From contig CAZMCQ010000002.1 in NCBI GenBank assembly GCA_964565195.1, positions 82,161 through 146,160 on the forward strand: DNA of 64,000 bases. Reading direction: 5' to 3'. Position numbers and translations under genes: made by a program. This stretch comes from an uncultured Candidatus Saccharibacteria bacterium (GTDB lineage Bacteria; Patescibacteriota; Doudnabacteria; UBA920; 2-01-FULL-46-14). This document shows positions 9,848 to 19,553 of the stretch, piece by piece; positions within the stretch are counted from its first letter, which is position 1, and each line of letters begins with the position of its first letter. The notes beneath the pieces were generated by a model. The model worked only from the letters and a program-made list of their open reading frames with translations. It did not search any database and was not told the DNA's origin.

Positions 9848-10581
9848 CCTTTCTGCCTGAAATAGGCTTCCCGTATTCTTGCCTTATCATGGACAAGCCG
9901 CGGCCTGGTTACATTGCCATTCGTGTACCCAAGTTTTACCATAACGATATCAAAAATGACATCGAGGGCTTCTTTTTGAACACTCGCAGCCTTTCCACAC
10001 GTTGCACCGACAAGCGTTTCTGGTCCGATGTCGAGCACTATTTCATGGTCAACCTCTCCTCCCAGTTCCACGTTTTTCTGGCAAACCATTGCGATTGTGA
10101 ATGCACCACGCTGCCGAGCCACTGCCGCGGCTGTCCGAGTGTACGGGGTGCGCCCAGTCGCCGAAATGCAGATAAGCACATCGTTCTTAGAGAGGTGCAT
10201 CGCCTCAACATCCTTGCGACCTTCTTCCGGGCTGTCTTCAAGCTCCTCGCGGCCGAATTTTTCAAAGATTGCCGACCCGCCCGCAACGCAGTAAAAGAAT
10301 TGCTCCACTTTCGCATCTTGATGATTTTGGGGGAGCTCGCGCATAACTGACATGCCGGCCACGCCGCTTCCTCCGGCGCCAATGGTGATTACCCTTCCTC
10401 CCTGCCTGACCTTGTCAATGATCACTCTCGCAGCTGTTATAAGCTGTTCTGTGGCTTGTACCAGGGCTTTATGGATTTGCTGTGATTCCTTGATCCGGTA
10501 TTTCCCGATCTTCTCTTCGTCCCAGGTGTCGATACCCACGGTTTCTTGATTGAATTCCTTGTCCGGACTCCATTGTCTCAT
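9844..10581 (-). CDS. MurQ-like SIS-domain protein (sugar-phosphate etherase/isomerase family)
   Basis: GAGGSG..., EELED, ISATGRTPY, GPE, K residue near C-terminus; shorter than canonical MurQ. Confidence 0.7.
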   Translation of the reverse strand: MRQWSPDKEFNQETVGIDTWDEEKIGKYRIKESQQIHKALVQATEQLITAARVIIDKVRQGGRVITIGAGGSGVAGMSVMRELPQNHQDAKVEQFFYCVAGGSAIFEKFGREELEDSPEEGRKDVEAMHLSKNDVLICISATGRTPYTRTAAAVARQRGAFTIAMVCQKNVELGGEVDHEIVLDIGPETLVGATCGKAASVQKEALDVIFDIVMVKLGYTNGNVTRPRLVHDKARIREAYFRQKG

Positions 10582-10591
10582 AATTTTTTCC

Positions 10592-11236
10592 TTAAAATGC
10601 TGAATTTATTATTTCATGGATGCTCGGATCAGCGAAGGATTCCACCATAGCTATCGCTTTGGTAAAATCATGATCCGTATTGTAGTTGTGGCGAAATGCG
10701 ATTACTCGCAACCCTGCTTCTCGCGCGGCTGTCAGGCCCGTAGTGGAGTCTTCAATCGCAATTGCATTTTCTGGTTCGACGCCCATGCTTCTCAAGGCGA
10801 ACTGGTAGCTATCTGGGGCTGGTTTGGGTTTGCGGAAATGTTCTTTGGCAACAATTCTTTCAAATCCCGACCGCAAATTGGTGATCGCCAATATCTTTTC
10901 CGCTTGTTCTAGATAGTTTCCTGTTACGACCGCTTGTCTGTAACCTTTTGCATTCAACAAATTGATCAGTGAATGAATTCCCGGGGTTGGAAAAAGAGCA
11001 GCGAACAACAATTTGTAGAACACGTCGCTATAGTGTTGTTCATCAGTCTCGATTCCGCTTTCTCGAATGAACTCTTTTCGCACGTCCTCATGCGGCCTTC
11101 CAGTTCCGTCGATTTCAAGATAAAATCCAGGCGAGATAGTTCCGCCGAAATGTTTTACGGTTTCCTGATGGGCTTTGTCTCGCAGTGGTTCACTAGGAAC
11201 AAGAGGGCCATCCAGGTCCCATAATATTGTAGGCAT
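10592..11236 (-). CDS. HAD-superfamily phosphatase (beta-PGM/CbbY-like)
   Basis: WDLDG, VVTG, KPKPAPD, IEDS. Confidence 0.9.
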   Translation of the reverse strand: MPTILWDLDGPLVPSEPLRDKAHQETVKHFGGTISPGFYLEIDGTGRPHEDVRKEFIRESGIETDEQHYSDVFYKLLFAALFPTPGIHSLINLLNAKGYRQAVVTGNYLEQAEKILAITNLRSGFERIVAKEHFRKPKPAPDSYQFALRSMGVEPENAIAIEDSTTGLTAAREAGLRVIAFRHNYNTDHDFTKAIAMVESFADPSIHEIINSAF

Positions 11237-11422
11237 CAAATAACTTCCCAATTAAAATAAACTTTAAACGTATCATAGATCAAAAACCCCTTTTTGTGAA
11301 GACCCAGTCTTGTACAATTATCCCGTGACGGTTTGGGGTAGTTGATTTTTTGTTGAATTCCGCCGCCGATATCAGCAGTGGATTTTTTGTTGTTTTTTTG
11401 CTATATTTAGTCGCGTATTTCA

Positions 11423-13228
11423 ATGACCGAAGACCGGAAACAATATATTGTGGGCATCAATCTGCCCATGAAGTCGCGTTGCCATGAAAGCGGGGTGGCG
11501 CTTTTGGATATGGAGGGCAGTATATTATTTGCAATCAATGAGGAGCGGCTGTCGAGAAAGAAGCAAGACGGCGATTTCCCGGAAAAATCCATAGCCGCGA
11601 TGTTTGCTCATACTGGGATAAAGAAAGAAGAGATTGCCGTGGTGGCGGTGCCGACACTGTCGTTTTGGGGCAAGGTCGGGCGTGTGATGCAATTTTTGTG
11701 GCGTGAGCGGCGAAGGAGAATGTTAAATCCGGCAACGTATTTCGCTATTTGGCGCGTGGCTTTTGGCAAAAAGAGATCAGGGAGATTGGGGAAATCGGGG
11801 GAAATAAACCAGGAGCAGGATCCGTTTATGATGCGCTACCAGTGGCGCGATTTCATAAAAAAGAATTTTCCGAACGCGAAGATAAAAATGATTGACCACC
11901 ATCTCTGCCACGCCGCCTCGGCATACTACACCAGCCCCTGGGAAAACGCCTTGATTATCACCGCTGACGGCGCGGGCAATATGCTTTCTTCAATCGTCGC
12001 CGTCGGAGAAAAAGGACGGATCAGAATTTTGGACAAAACCTTCGTCCCGCACTCGCCGGGAAGTTTTTGGGGGAGTATTACCAAGGTTTGCGGTTTCCGT
12101 TCCGGGACGCGCCACGGCGGCAAAACCACTGGTCTGGCCGCGGCCGGCGACCCAAATAAACTTATTTATAAAATGCGGCAGATTATCTCCTGCGATGGAA
12201 TTCGATTTCACGTTCGCGAAGAGTTGCTGTTTGATCCGCAGCGTCTCATCCCGAACTGGTCGAGTTATGAGCCAGAGCGGCTTAAGAATTTCCTGGGAGA
12301 AAATTCGCGCGAGGATGTGGCGGCGGCGGCGCAGAAACGGCTCGAAGAAATCATCGTGGAACTTGTGCGAAATGCTCGCAAGGTCGTGCCTTTTGACAAA
12401 GTCGTAATGGCTGGCGGCACTTTTGCCAACGTGCTTGTTAATGAAAAAGTTTTGGAACTTCCGGGAATTGACGATGTCTACATTTGCCCGGCCATGTCAG
12501 ATGGTGGTTTGGCCGTGGGTGCCGCGCTGTATACCCTTTCTAGGATTAAAAAATTTTTGCCGCGGCCGATTGGCAATGTTTATCTGGGGCCGAAATATTC
12601 GGAAGGTGCAATTAAGAATTATTTAGAAAAAATTGGCGCGAAATTCGAGCTGATGAATCGGCCAGCGACAAAAATTGCTGAGCTCATTCATAACAACAAG
12701 GTCGTCGCGTTCTACCAGGGCCGGATGGAGTGGGGGCCGCGCGCGCTGGGCAACCGTTCAATTCTTTACGCGGCCAAAGACCCGAAAGTAAATGACTGGC
12801 TCAATAAAAAGCTGCGGCGCAGCGAGTTTATGCCCTTTGCCCCGGTGACTCTGATTGAGCACATTAAAGACTGCTACATCGGCATTGCGGACGACCCCTT
12901 GGCGGCAAAATATATGACCATTACCTATCAGTGCACAGACCAAATGAAGCGCGAATCCCCGGCGTGCGCGCACCTCGACGGCACCGCGCGTCCGCAGGTG
13001 ATAAAGCGCGAGGATAATCCATATTATTACGACATTTTGAGCGAATACCACAAACTTTCCGGTATTCCGACCATCATAAATACGAGTTTCAATATGCACG
13101 AAGAGCCGATCGTCTGTCAGCCGGAAGACGCAGTCCGCGCCTTTCTTGACTCTGGGCTTGACTGCCTGGTAATGGAGAATTATCTTTTAAGACTGGAAGA
13201 AAATGAACCCCGTTCAATCCAACTTTGA
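11423..13228 (+). CDS. O-carbamoyltransferase (NodU/CmcH/TobZ family)
   Basis: EERLSRKK, HHLCHAASAY, DGAG, GPRALGNRSI, INTSFNMHEEPIV. Confidence 0.93.
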   Translation: MTEDRKQYIVGINLPMKSRCHESGVALLDMEGSILFAINEERLSRKKQDGDFPEKSIAAMFAHTGIKKEEIAVVAVPTLSFWGKVGRVMQFLWRERRRRMLNPATYFAIWRVAFGKKRSGRLGKSGEINQEQDPFMMRYQWRDFIKKNFPNAKIKMIDHHLCHAASAYYTSPWENALIITADGAGNMLSSIVAVGEKGRIRILDKTFVPHSPGSFWGSITKVCGFRSGTRHGGKTTGLAAAGDPNKLIYKMRQIISCDGIRFHVREELLFDPQRLIPNWSSYEPERLKNFLGENSREDVAAAAQKRLEEIIVELVRNARKVVPFDKVVMAGGTFANVLVNEKVLELPGIDDVYICPAMSDGGLAVGAALYTLSRIKKFLPRPIGNVYLGPKYSEGAIKNYLEKIGAKFELMNRPATKIAELIHNNKVVAFYQGRMEWGPRALGNRSILYAAKDPKVNDWLNKKLRRSEFMPFAPVTLIEHIKDCYIGIADDPLAAKYMTITYQCTDQMKRESPACAHLDGTARPQVIKREDNPYYYDILSEYHKLSGIPTIINTSFNMHEEPIVCQPEDAVRAFLDSGLDCLVMENYLLRLEENEPRSIQL

Positions 13229-13267
13229 TATAATGCTTACCATAATTAATTATAAGGATCGAACGAG

Positions 13268-14425
13268 GTGAAGATTTGCGTAGTCGCCTATAAATTTGGC
13301 ACGGAACAGGAAATCGGCGAGCATCTCGGCACTTATCACTATTTCATTGAGAAGATGCGCCGGCTGGCGCGGCTTGGAAATGAAGTCTATGTGATCGCGC
13401 CGTGGCTTTCGTATTTCAAAAAAGGCAGCACCGAAGTTGATGGCGTAAAAATTCTGCGCTATTATCCGCCATTTCAGAACCGCCCCAAGTTGAGAGTTTT
13501 GAATAATTTATTGCGCTGGTGGTATATCAAAGCAACGCAGATGCAAGTTTCAAAATTGGACAAACAAACTTCGTTGGATATTATCTACGTCTGGCAGGCG
13601 CGGGAGACTGGTTATGCCGTGGCACAAATTGTCGACAAGCTTCGCGCGCCCTTTGTTTTCCGGCAGATCACGGCTTGGGAGTGGCATTTCCAAAAAGGTA
13701 TGCCGGATCGCGCGGCGCAGATGAAATTTGCCAAAGTGATCTATGACACGGCAAAGAAAGTTGTGTTTGTGAGCCGCGCGGCTTCCGAAGAAGGGCGCCG
13801 TGCCGGACTTTCAGAAGAAAAAATTGCGATAATTGGCGTTGGAATAGAAACCGATTTTTTTCAGCCGCGGGATGTGAAAATAGAATGGGATGTTTCGTTC
13901 ATTGGGCGGATCAATTTTGCCGAGAAAGGCATTGGTTATCTGCTGGAGGCAATGCCGGAGATTGTTAAGATTATTCCCAGCGCCAAACTTGGCATTATCG
14001 GCGGCGGTGGCGAGACACCACGGATGCGGGAGTTTATTAAAGATTTAGGAATCGAAAAAAATGTGGAACTGCTCGGGCAACAGCCGTTTTCCAAGCTGCC
14101 TGCATATCTAAATTCCTCCAAAATTTTAGTTGTGCCTTCTGCGTGGGTCGAACATTTCGGCCAGGTGACGGTGGAGGGTATGGCTTCAGGAATTCCAGTC
14201 GTGAATACGAACATCGGCGGCAGTCCGGAGATAAATACCGACGGCCAGACCGGGCTCATCGTTCCGCCAAAAGATTCACATGCTTTGGCCGCAGCAATCA
14301 TAAAATTACTGACCGACGATGAATTAAGGCAAAGAATGGGCCGCGCGGCGCGCGAGCGCGTCCTGCAAAATTACACATATGATGTTTTGGTCAATAAATT
14401 CCTGGAGCTTGTAATAAATGTCTAA
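13268..14425 (+). CDS. GT4 glycosyltransferase
   Basis: FIGRI...EKG, EHFGQVTVEGMASGIPVV. Confidence 0.92.
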   Translation: MKICVVAYKFGTEQEIGEHLGTYHYFIEKMRRLARLGNEVYVIAPWLSYFKKGSTEVDGVKILRYYPPFQNRPKLRVLNNLLRWWYIKATQMQVSKLDKQTSLDIIYVWQARETGYAVAQIVDKLRAPFVFRQITAWEWHFQKGMPDRAAQMKFAKVIYDTAKKVVFVSRAASEEGRRAGLSEEKIAIIGVGIETDFFQPRDVKIEWDVSFIGRINFAEKGIGYLLEAMPEIVKIIPSAKLGIIGGGGETPRMREFIKDLGIEKNVELLGQQPFSKLPAYLNSSKILVVPSAWVEHFGQVTVEGMASGIPVVNTNIGGSPEINTDGQTGLIVPPKDSHALAAAIIKLLTDDELRQRMGRAARERVLQNYTYDVLVNKFLELVINV

Positions 14426-15122
14426 AGTCGTCTTCATTTCCGGCGGCAGCCGCGGCATCGGCGCCGCGACCGTGCTACGTTTCGCGAGGGAGAAGTTTGA
14501 TATTGCCTTTACTTATAATGAAGGACAGGGCGAAGCTTCGGCGGTTGCGGAAAAAGCAAAAAGTTTGGGATCGCCTGAAGTTTTGACCATGCGACTTGAT
14601 ATGGAAAATGACGAAAATATCAGAAACGTTGTAAAAATCGCCCACGAGAAGTTTGGCAAGATCGACATTCTGATAAACAATGCGGGAACTTTTGAACGGG
14701 GAACGCTTTCCGAGCAGACTTTTGCTGTCATCCATCGCCAGATTGCGGCCAATCTCGAAGGTATGATCAAGCTCACCCACGAATTTTTGCCCTACGTCAA
14801 AGAAGCCATCATAAATATTGCAAGTGTGGTTGGGTTTCTCGGCAAACCTCGAATTTCCGTCTACACAGCGACCAAATGGGGCGTGCGCGGTTTTACCAAA
14901 TCCCTCGCCAGAGAGTACCCAGATCTACGCATATACGTCGTTAATCCCGGGCTGACCGATACCCGAATGGGCCGGCCCGAGGGCATGCCGGCGGAAAAAG
15001 TGGCCGAAACAATTTTTGACGCGGCGACTGGGAAACGCCGCCTTGCCAGCGGCAGTGATATTGCGGTAAAATCAAATCTTTACTTCTTAAAGTCGTTGAT
15101 GAAAAAATTATTGGGACGATGA
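14418..15122 (+). CDS. Classical SDR oxidoreductase
   Basis: SGGSRGIG, NNAG, YTATK. Confidence 0.92.
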   Translation: MSKVVFISGGSRGIGAATVLRFAREKFDIAFTYNEGQGEASAVAEKAKSLGSPEVLTMRLDMENDENIRNVVKIAHEKFGKIDILINNAGTFERGTLSEQTFAVIHRQIAANLEGMIKLTHEFLPYVKEAIINIASVVGFLGKPRISVYTATKWGVRGFTKSLAREYPDLRIYVVNPGLTDTRMGRPEGMPAEKVAETIFDAATGKRRLASGSDIAVKSNLYFLKSLMKKLLGR

Positions 15123-16291
15123 GGATCATCTATTTAGATAGTGGACGACTACCGACCGAAAAAGCGCACGGCCTGCAGATCATGAAGATGTGCGAAGCGT
15201 TTGCGGCAGGTGGCGCGGAAGTGGAGCTCGTCATTTCTTCCAGAAAAAACCCTGGAGCCGGCGATCCGTTTGAGTATTATCAAGTCAAGCGCAATTTCGA
15301 AATTACCAGGCTTTGGTCGCTGGATCTGGTCAATATTGTTTCAAAATACGGCAGTTGGCTGTCGCGATTAAGTTTTATTTTCACAGCGAAGCGATATTTG
15401 AAATCTCAAAGGTATGATGTTTTGTATCTTCGTGAACATATGAGTGGCCTGTTTTTCCGAAACTTTGTTTTGGAACTCCACATTCTCCCGCAAAAAATCC
15501 GACGTGCGGATTTAAAAATTTGGCAGAAGGCGAGAAAGCTCGTTGTGCTTACCAGCCACACGAAGAAGTTGCTCGTCGAGCACGGAATTCCTGAAGGAAA
15601 AATTCTGGTCGCACCGGATGCGGTTGAAGCCGCAAAATTCGAAATTCGAAATTCGAAATTCGAAACGAGGACAGCATTGGGACTGCCGCAGGATAAAAAG
15701 ATCGTGATGTACACTGGGCATGTCTATGAGTGGAAAGGCGCAGATGTATTGCTGGAAGCCGCTCGATTGTCGTCATTGCGAGCGCCAGCGAAGCAATCCC
15801 AAAGTGGCGAGATTGCTTCGTCGACCGAGGCTCCTCGCAATGACCAAGATATGCTTTTCATCTTCGTCGGCGGCACGGACTGGGATATGCAGAGATTCCG
15901 GCCGCTGGCCGAAGGGCTTGCCAATGTTTTGTTGCTCGGCCAGAAACCCCATGACTTGATTCCAAAATATCTGGGCGCAGCGGATATTTTAGTTTTGCCC
16001 AATTCCGGCAAATCCGATATTTCCAAATACTACACCTCGCCGCTGAAAATGTTTGAATACATGGCTGCTGGCAAACCAATCGTGGCCTCGGATCTGCCGG
16101 CTATCCGGGAGGTTTTAAATGAAAATAATGCTGTCTTGGTCAGGCCGGACGACCCGCAAGCTCTGGCACAAGGCATAAAAAGAATTTTGGAAAATCCGGA
16201 TTTGGGGACGAAACTGGCCAATCAGGCGCGTCTTGACGTGGCCAGCTACAACTGGCCAGCTCGCGCGCAAAAGATTATGATGTCATTATGA
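15119..16291 (+). CDS. GT4 glycosyltransferase with two in-frame repeat inserts
   Basis: AHGLQIMKMC, YTGH..WKG, SPLKMFEYMAAGKPIV. Confidence 0.93.
   Translation: MRIIYLDSGRLPTEKAHGLQIMKMCEAFAAGGAEVELVISSRKNPGAGDPFEYYQVKRNFEITRLWSLDLVNIVSKYGSWLSRLSFIFTAKRYLKSQRYDVLYLREHMSGLFFRNFVLELHILPQKIRRADLKIWQKARKLVVLTSHTKKLLVEHGIPEGKILVAPDAVEAAKFEIRNSKFETRTALGLPQDKKIVMYTGHVYEWKGADVLLEAARLSSLRAPAKQSQSGEIASSTEAPRNDQDMLFIFVGGTDWDMQRFRPLAEGLANVLLLGQKPHDLIPKYLGAADILVLPNSGKSDISKYYTSPLKMFEYMAAGKPIVASDLPAIREVLNENNAVLVRPDDPQALAQGIKRILENPDLGTKLANQARLDVASYNWPARAQKIMMSL
15635..15666. repeat. Heptamer tandem array, in frame (KFEIRNSKFET)
   Basis: (AAATTCG)x4 + AAAC; same unit as the array at 49217. Confidence 0.88.
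15771..15844. repeat. CGTC-tagged REP/RPE-like palindrome, in frame (SSLRAPAKQSQSGEIASSTEAPRND)
   Basis: Outer arms GTCATTGCGAG/CTCGCAATGAC (11 bp perfect); inner arms CGAAGCAATC/GATTGCTTCG (10 bp perfect). Confidence 0.92.
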
Positions 16292-17226
16292 AAATTTTAA
16301 TTACGGGCGGGGCCGGTTTTATCGGCTCCAATTTGGTCAATGTGTTAATAAAAAAAGACAAGGTTGTGGTTATCGACAATATGTTTTTGGGCAAGAAAGA
16401 ATTTATTCAATCAGCGATTGATGGTGGGCGGGTGGAATTTTATGAGCAGGATCTTTTGGATTTCCCCAAGACGCTCGAGGTATTTGAGAAGCATAAGTTT
16501 GATTTGGTTTTTCATATGTCCGCGAATTCCGACATCTCCTATGGCACGAAAAACACGGATTGGGATTTAAAGCAGGAGACGCTGGTAACCTACAATGTTT
16601 TGGAGAGCATGCGCCGGACCGGGGTGCAAAAGATAGTTTTTGCCTCCACTTCGGCAATCTACGGAGAAGCGCCGGTCAAACCGATTGCCGAAGATTACGG
16701 GCCGCTTTTGCCGATCTCTTTTTATGGCGCCGGCAAGCTCGCCAGCGAGGGACTGATCACCGCGTTTTGCCATAATTACGATTTGCAGGCGTGGCTGTTC
16801 CGCTTTGCCAATATTGTCGGCCGCAATGGTACGCACGGCGTGCTCGTGGACTTTATCAAAAAATTGCGGGCGAATCCGAAAGTTCTGGAAGTCTTAGGCG
16901 ACGGGAGGCAGGCGAAACCCTATCTGCATGTGGACGACTGCGTGGCTGGGATGCTCTTTGGGTATACCAATTCGCGCGAAAAGGTAAACTACTACAATTT
17001 AGCTTGCGAGGGGGCAACGCCAGTAGCAAAAATTGCCGAGCTGGTGATTGCAGCTATGAAGCTGGAAAACGTCGCGATTCATTACACCGGCGGCGCGCGC
17101 GGCTGGGCCGGCGACGTGCCGCAGGTGCGGCTTGATGCAGACAAACTTGCGCGCCTTGGCTGGAAGGCCAGTATGAGTTCCGACGAGGCAGTGAACAGAG
17201 CGATTAACGATCTCTTGAAGCAATGA
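16288..17226 (+). CDS. NAD-dependent epimerase/dehydratase
   Basis: TGGAGFIG, STSAIYG, YGAGK, RFANIVG. Confidence 0.92.
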   Translation: MKILITGGAGFIGSNLVNVLIKKDKVVVIDNMFLGKKEFIQSAIDGGRVEFYEQDLLDFPKTLEVFEKHKFDLVFHMSANSDISYGTKNTDWDLKQETLVTYNVLESMRRTGVQKIVFASTSAIYGEAPVKPIAEDYGPLLPISFYGAGKLASEGLITAFCHNYDLQAWLFRFANIVGRNGTHGVLVDFIKKLRANPKVLEVLGDGRQAKPYLHVDDCVAGMLFGYTNSREKVNYYNLACEGATPVAKIAELVIAAMKLENVAIHYTGGARGWAGDVPQVRLDADKLARLGWKASMSSDEAVNRAINDLLKQ

Positions 17227-18545
17227 AAGCAGTGATTGTCGCGGGCGGCAAAGGCACGCGCATGGCCAAACTTGGAGCAGTTATTCCCAAAGCGCTCATT
17301 CCGATCGCGGGCAAGCCGCTGATTGCTTACCAGATTGAAAATCTAAAAAGGCATGGATTGAGAGATGTCCTCCTCATCATCAATCACTTAGGTGAGCAGA
17401 TAAAAAAATACTGCGGCAACGGCCGGCGGTTCGGCGTAAAAATTACCTATTATGAGGAGCAAAAACCGCTCGGCACTGCCGGCGCGATCAAACTTCTCGA
17501 AAAAAAATTAAAAAATGATTTCATCGTCATCTATGGCGATGTTTTGATAAATGTCGATTTTACGCGCCTTATTAAGCAGCATAATCGAAACAAACTGACT
17601 GCAAAAAATTTGGCCGGCACCCTCGTCCTCCACCCCAATGACCACCCGTTCGACAGCGATCTCGTCGAGGCAGATGAAAACGGGCGCATTACCAGATTTA
17701 TTTCCAAACCCCATCGCGCAGGATTTTATTTTCGCAATCTCGTCAACGCGGGGTTGTATGTTTTGACGCCGCGTATTCACCGTTTTATTCCGAAAAATAA
17801 GGCGGCGGATTTTGGCAAACATATTTTCCCGCGCGTTTTAGAGCAAAACGGGGCGCTGTTCGCTTACAATACGCCGGAATACCTCAAAGATATGGGTACG
17901 CCCAAGCGGCGGAGAGAAGTCGAGATCGCCGTTCGGTCAGGCAAATTCAAAAGGAGCAATTTATCTCACAAACGGCCGGCGATTTTTATGGATCGCGATG
18001 GCGTGATCAATGAGGAGGTGGGCGACATTCGCCGCATAGAGGATTTCAAGCTGATTCCGAATTCCGCAAAGGCGATCAAACTCATCAATCAGCATAACTA
18101 TTTCGCGGTGGTGATTTCCAATCAGCCCCAGGTAGCCAAGGGTTTTTGTCGTTATGAGGATATTTTGGAATTCCATAAAAAAATGGAAACCCTGATTGCA
18201 GAGGGAGAGGGTGCCAAACTCGACGCCATCTATTTCTGTCCGCATCATCCAGACAAAGGCTTTCCCGGAGAAAATAAAAAATACAAGATTATCTGCGAGT
18301 GCCGAAAACCCAAAACCGGCCTGGCTCGCCGGGCCATTCGCGATCTCAACATTGCTCTCAAAAACAGCGTGATGATCGGCGACTCGACCCGCGATGCCAA
18401 GCTCGCGGAGAACCTCGGGATCCGATTTATCGGGGTCAAAACCGGCGAGGGAGTGAGGGACGGGATTTATAAGCTGAAAGCAAAGCCGAAAGTTTATAAA
18501 AATCTGCTCGCTGCAGTGCGCGTAATAGGCTTGCCTAAGTCCTGA
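17223..18545 (+). CDS. Fused heptose-1-phosphate nucleotidyltransferase (HddC-like) / heptose-1,7-bisphosphate phosphatase (GmhB)
   Basis: AGGKGTRM and PLGTAG in the N-terminal domain; DRDGVIN, SNQ, CPHHP...CECRKP, IGD in the C-terminal domain. Confidence 0.88.
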   Translation: MKAVIVAGGKGTRMAKLGAVIPKALIPIAGKPLIAYQIENLKRHGLRDVLLIINHLGEQIKKYCGNGRRFGVKITYYEEQKPLGTAGAIKLLEKKLKNDFIVIYGDVLINVDFTRLIKQHNRNKLTAKNLAGTLVLHPNDHPFDSDLVEADENGRITRFISKPHRAGFYFRNLVNAGLYVLTPRIHRFIPKNKAADFGKHIFPRVLEQNGALFAYNTPEYLKDMGTPKRRREVEIAVRSGKFKRSNLSHKRPAIFMDRDGVINEEVGDIRRIEDFKLIPNSAKAIKLINQHNYFAVVISNQPQVAKGFCRYEDILEFHKKMETLIAEGEGAKLDAIYFCPHHPDKGFPGENKKYKIICECRKPKTGLARRAIRDLNIALKNSVMIGDSTRDAKLAENLGIRFIGVKTGEGVRDGIYKLKAKPKVYKNLLAAVRVIGLPKS

Positions 18546-18568
18546 AAGGGTGTTAAATTATCTAGGTT

Positions 18569-19552
18569 ATGATTATCTCCAAAACGCCACTGCGGATCAG
18601 TTTTGTAGGCGGGGGCAGCGATTTGCGGTCCTTTTATGAACAGGCCGAAGAGGGTGGCGCAGTTGTTACCACAGCCATCAACAAACACATCTACGTCAGC
18701 GTCAATAAAAAATTTGACAACAGCATCCGCGTCAGTTACTCGAAGACCGAGGAGGTCGAGTACGCGGAAGATCTGGAACATCCGATCGTTCGCGAGGTGC
18801 TGAAGCTGCTGAATCTGTACGGTCTGGAGATTACGTCCGTTGCGGATATTCCCTCGCGGGGAACCGGCCTGGGCTCCTCGAGCGCGTTTACGGTCGGGCT
18901 GTTGCGCGCCCTTCACGCTTACCAGCGGAAATTTATCACGGCCGAGGAACTTGCGGAGCAGGCCGCCCGGATCGAAATTGAGATCTTGAAAGAGCCGATC
19001 GGCAAGCAGGATCAGTATGGCACGGCCATCGGGGGACTTAAGCTGTTGCGGTTTCATCGCGACGGACAGGTGAGCGTGGAGCCGATTTTTTGTCTGCGCG
19101 AGACCTGCCACGCGCTGGAAAAGAATATGATGCTCCTCTACACTGGCCTCACCCGCAGCGCTGGGGCGATTCTTTCGCGGCAGCAGGCCAACATGGCGGC
19201 GGATCAGAAAAAACATGAGCTTATGAAAAAGATGGTGCAGCTCGCGCACGATTTGCACCGCGAGTTAAAACAGAACCGACACGAAACCTTTGGCGACATT
19301 TTGCACGCCAACTGGATGTACAAAAAAGAACTGGCAGAAGGCATCACGAGTCCGGAGATTGACCTCTGGTACGAGACCGCGCGTCGCCATGGCGCCACCG
19401 GCGGCAAGCTCTTGGGCGCGGGCGGCGGCGGATTTTTGCTGATTTACGCGCCGCAGGAAAAACACGAAACGATCAAACGGGCGCTGCCTGACCTTCGCCG
19501 CGTGGATTTTCAGTTCGAGAATCAGGGCAGCCAGATTATTTTTATTCATTGA
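18569..19552 (+). CDS. hddA: D-glycero-alpha-D-manno-heptose-7-phosphate kinase (GHMP)
   Basis: TPLRISFVGGGSD, GTGLGSSS, GKQDQY, GAGGGGF. Confidence 0.85.
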   Translation: MIISKTPLRISFVGGGSDLRSFYEQAEEGGAVVTTAINKHIYVSVNKKFDNSIRVSYSKTEEVEYAEDLEHPIVREVLKLLNLYGLEITSVADIPSRGTGLGSSSAFTVGLLRALHAYQRKFITAEELAEQAARIEIEILKEPIGKQDQYGTAIGGLKLLRFHRDGQVSVEPIFCLRETCHALEKNMMLLYTGLTRSAGAILSRQQANMAADQKKHELMKKMVQLAHDLHRELKQNRHETFGDILHANWMYKKELAEGITSPEIDLWYETARRHGATGGKLLGAGGGGFLLIYAPQEKHETIKRALPDLRRVDFQFENQGSQIIFIH

Positions 19553-19553
19553 T

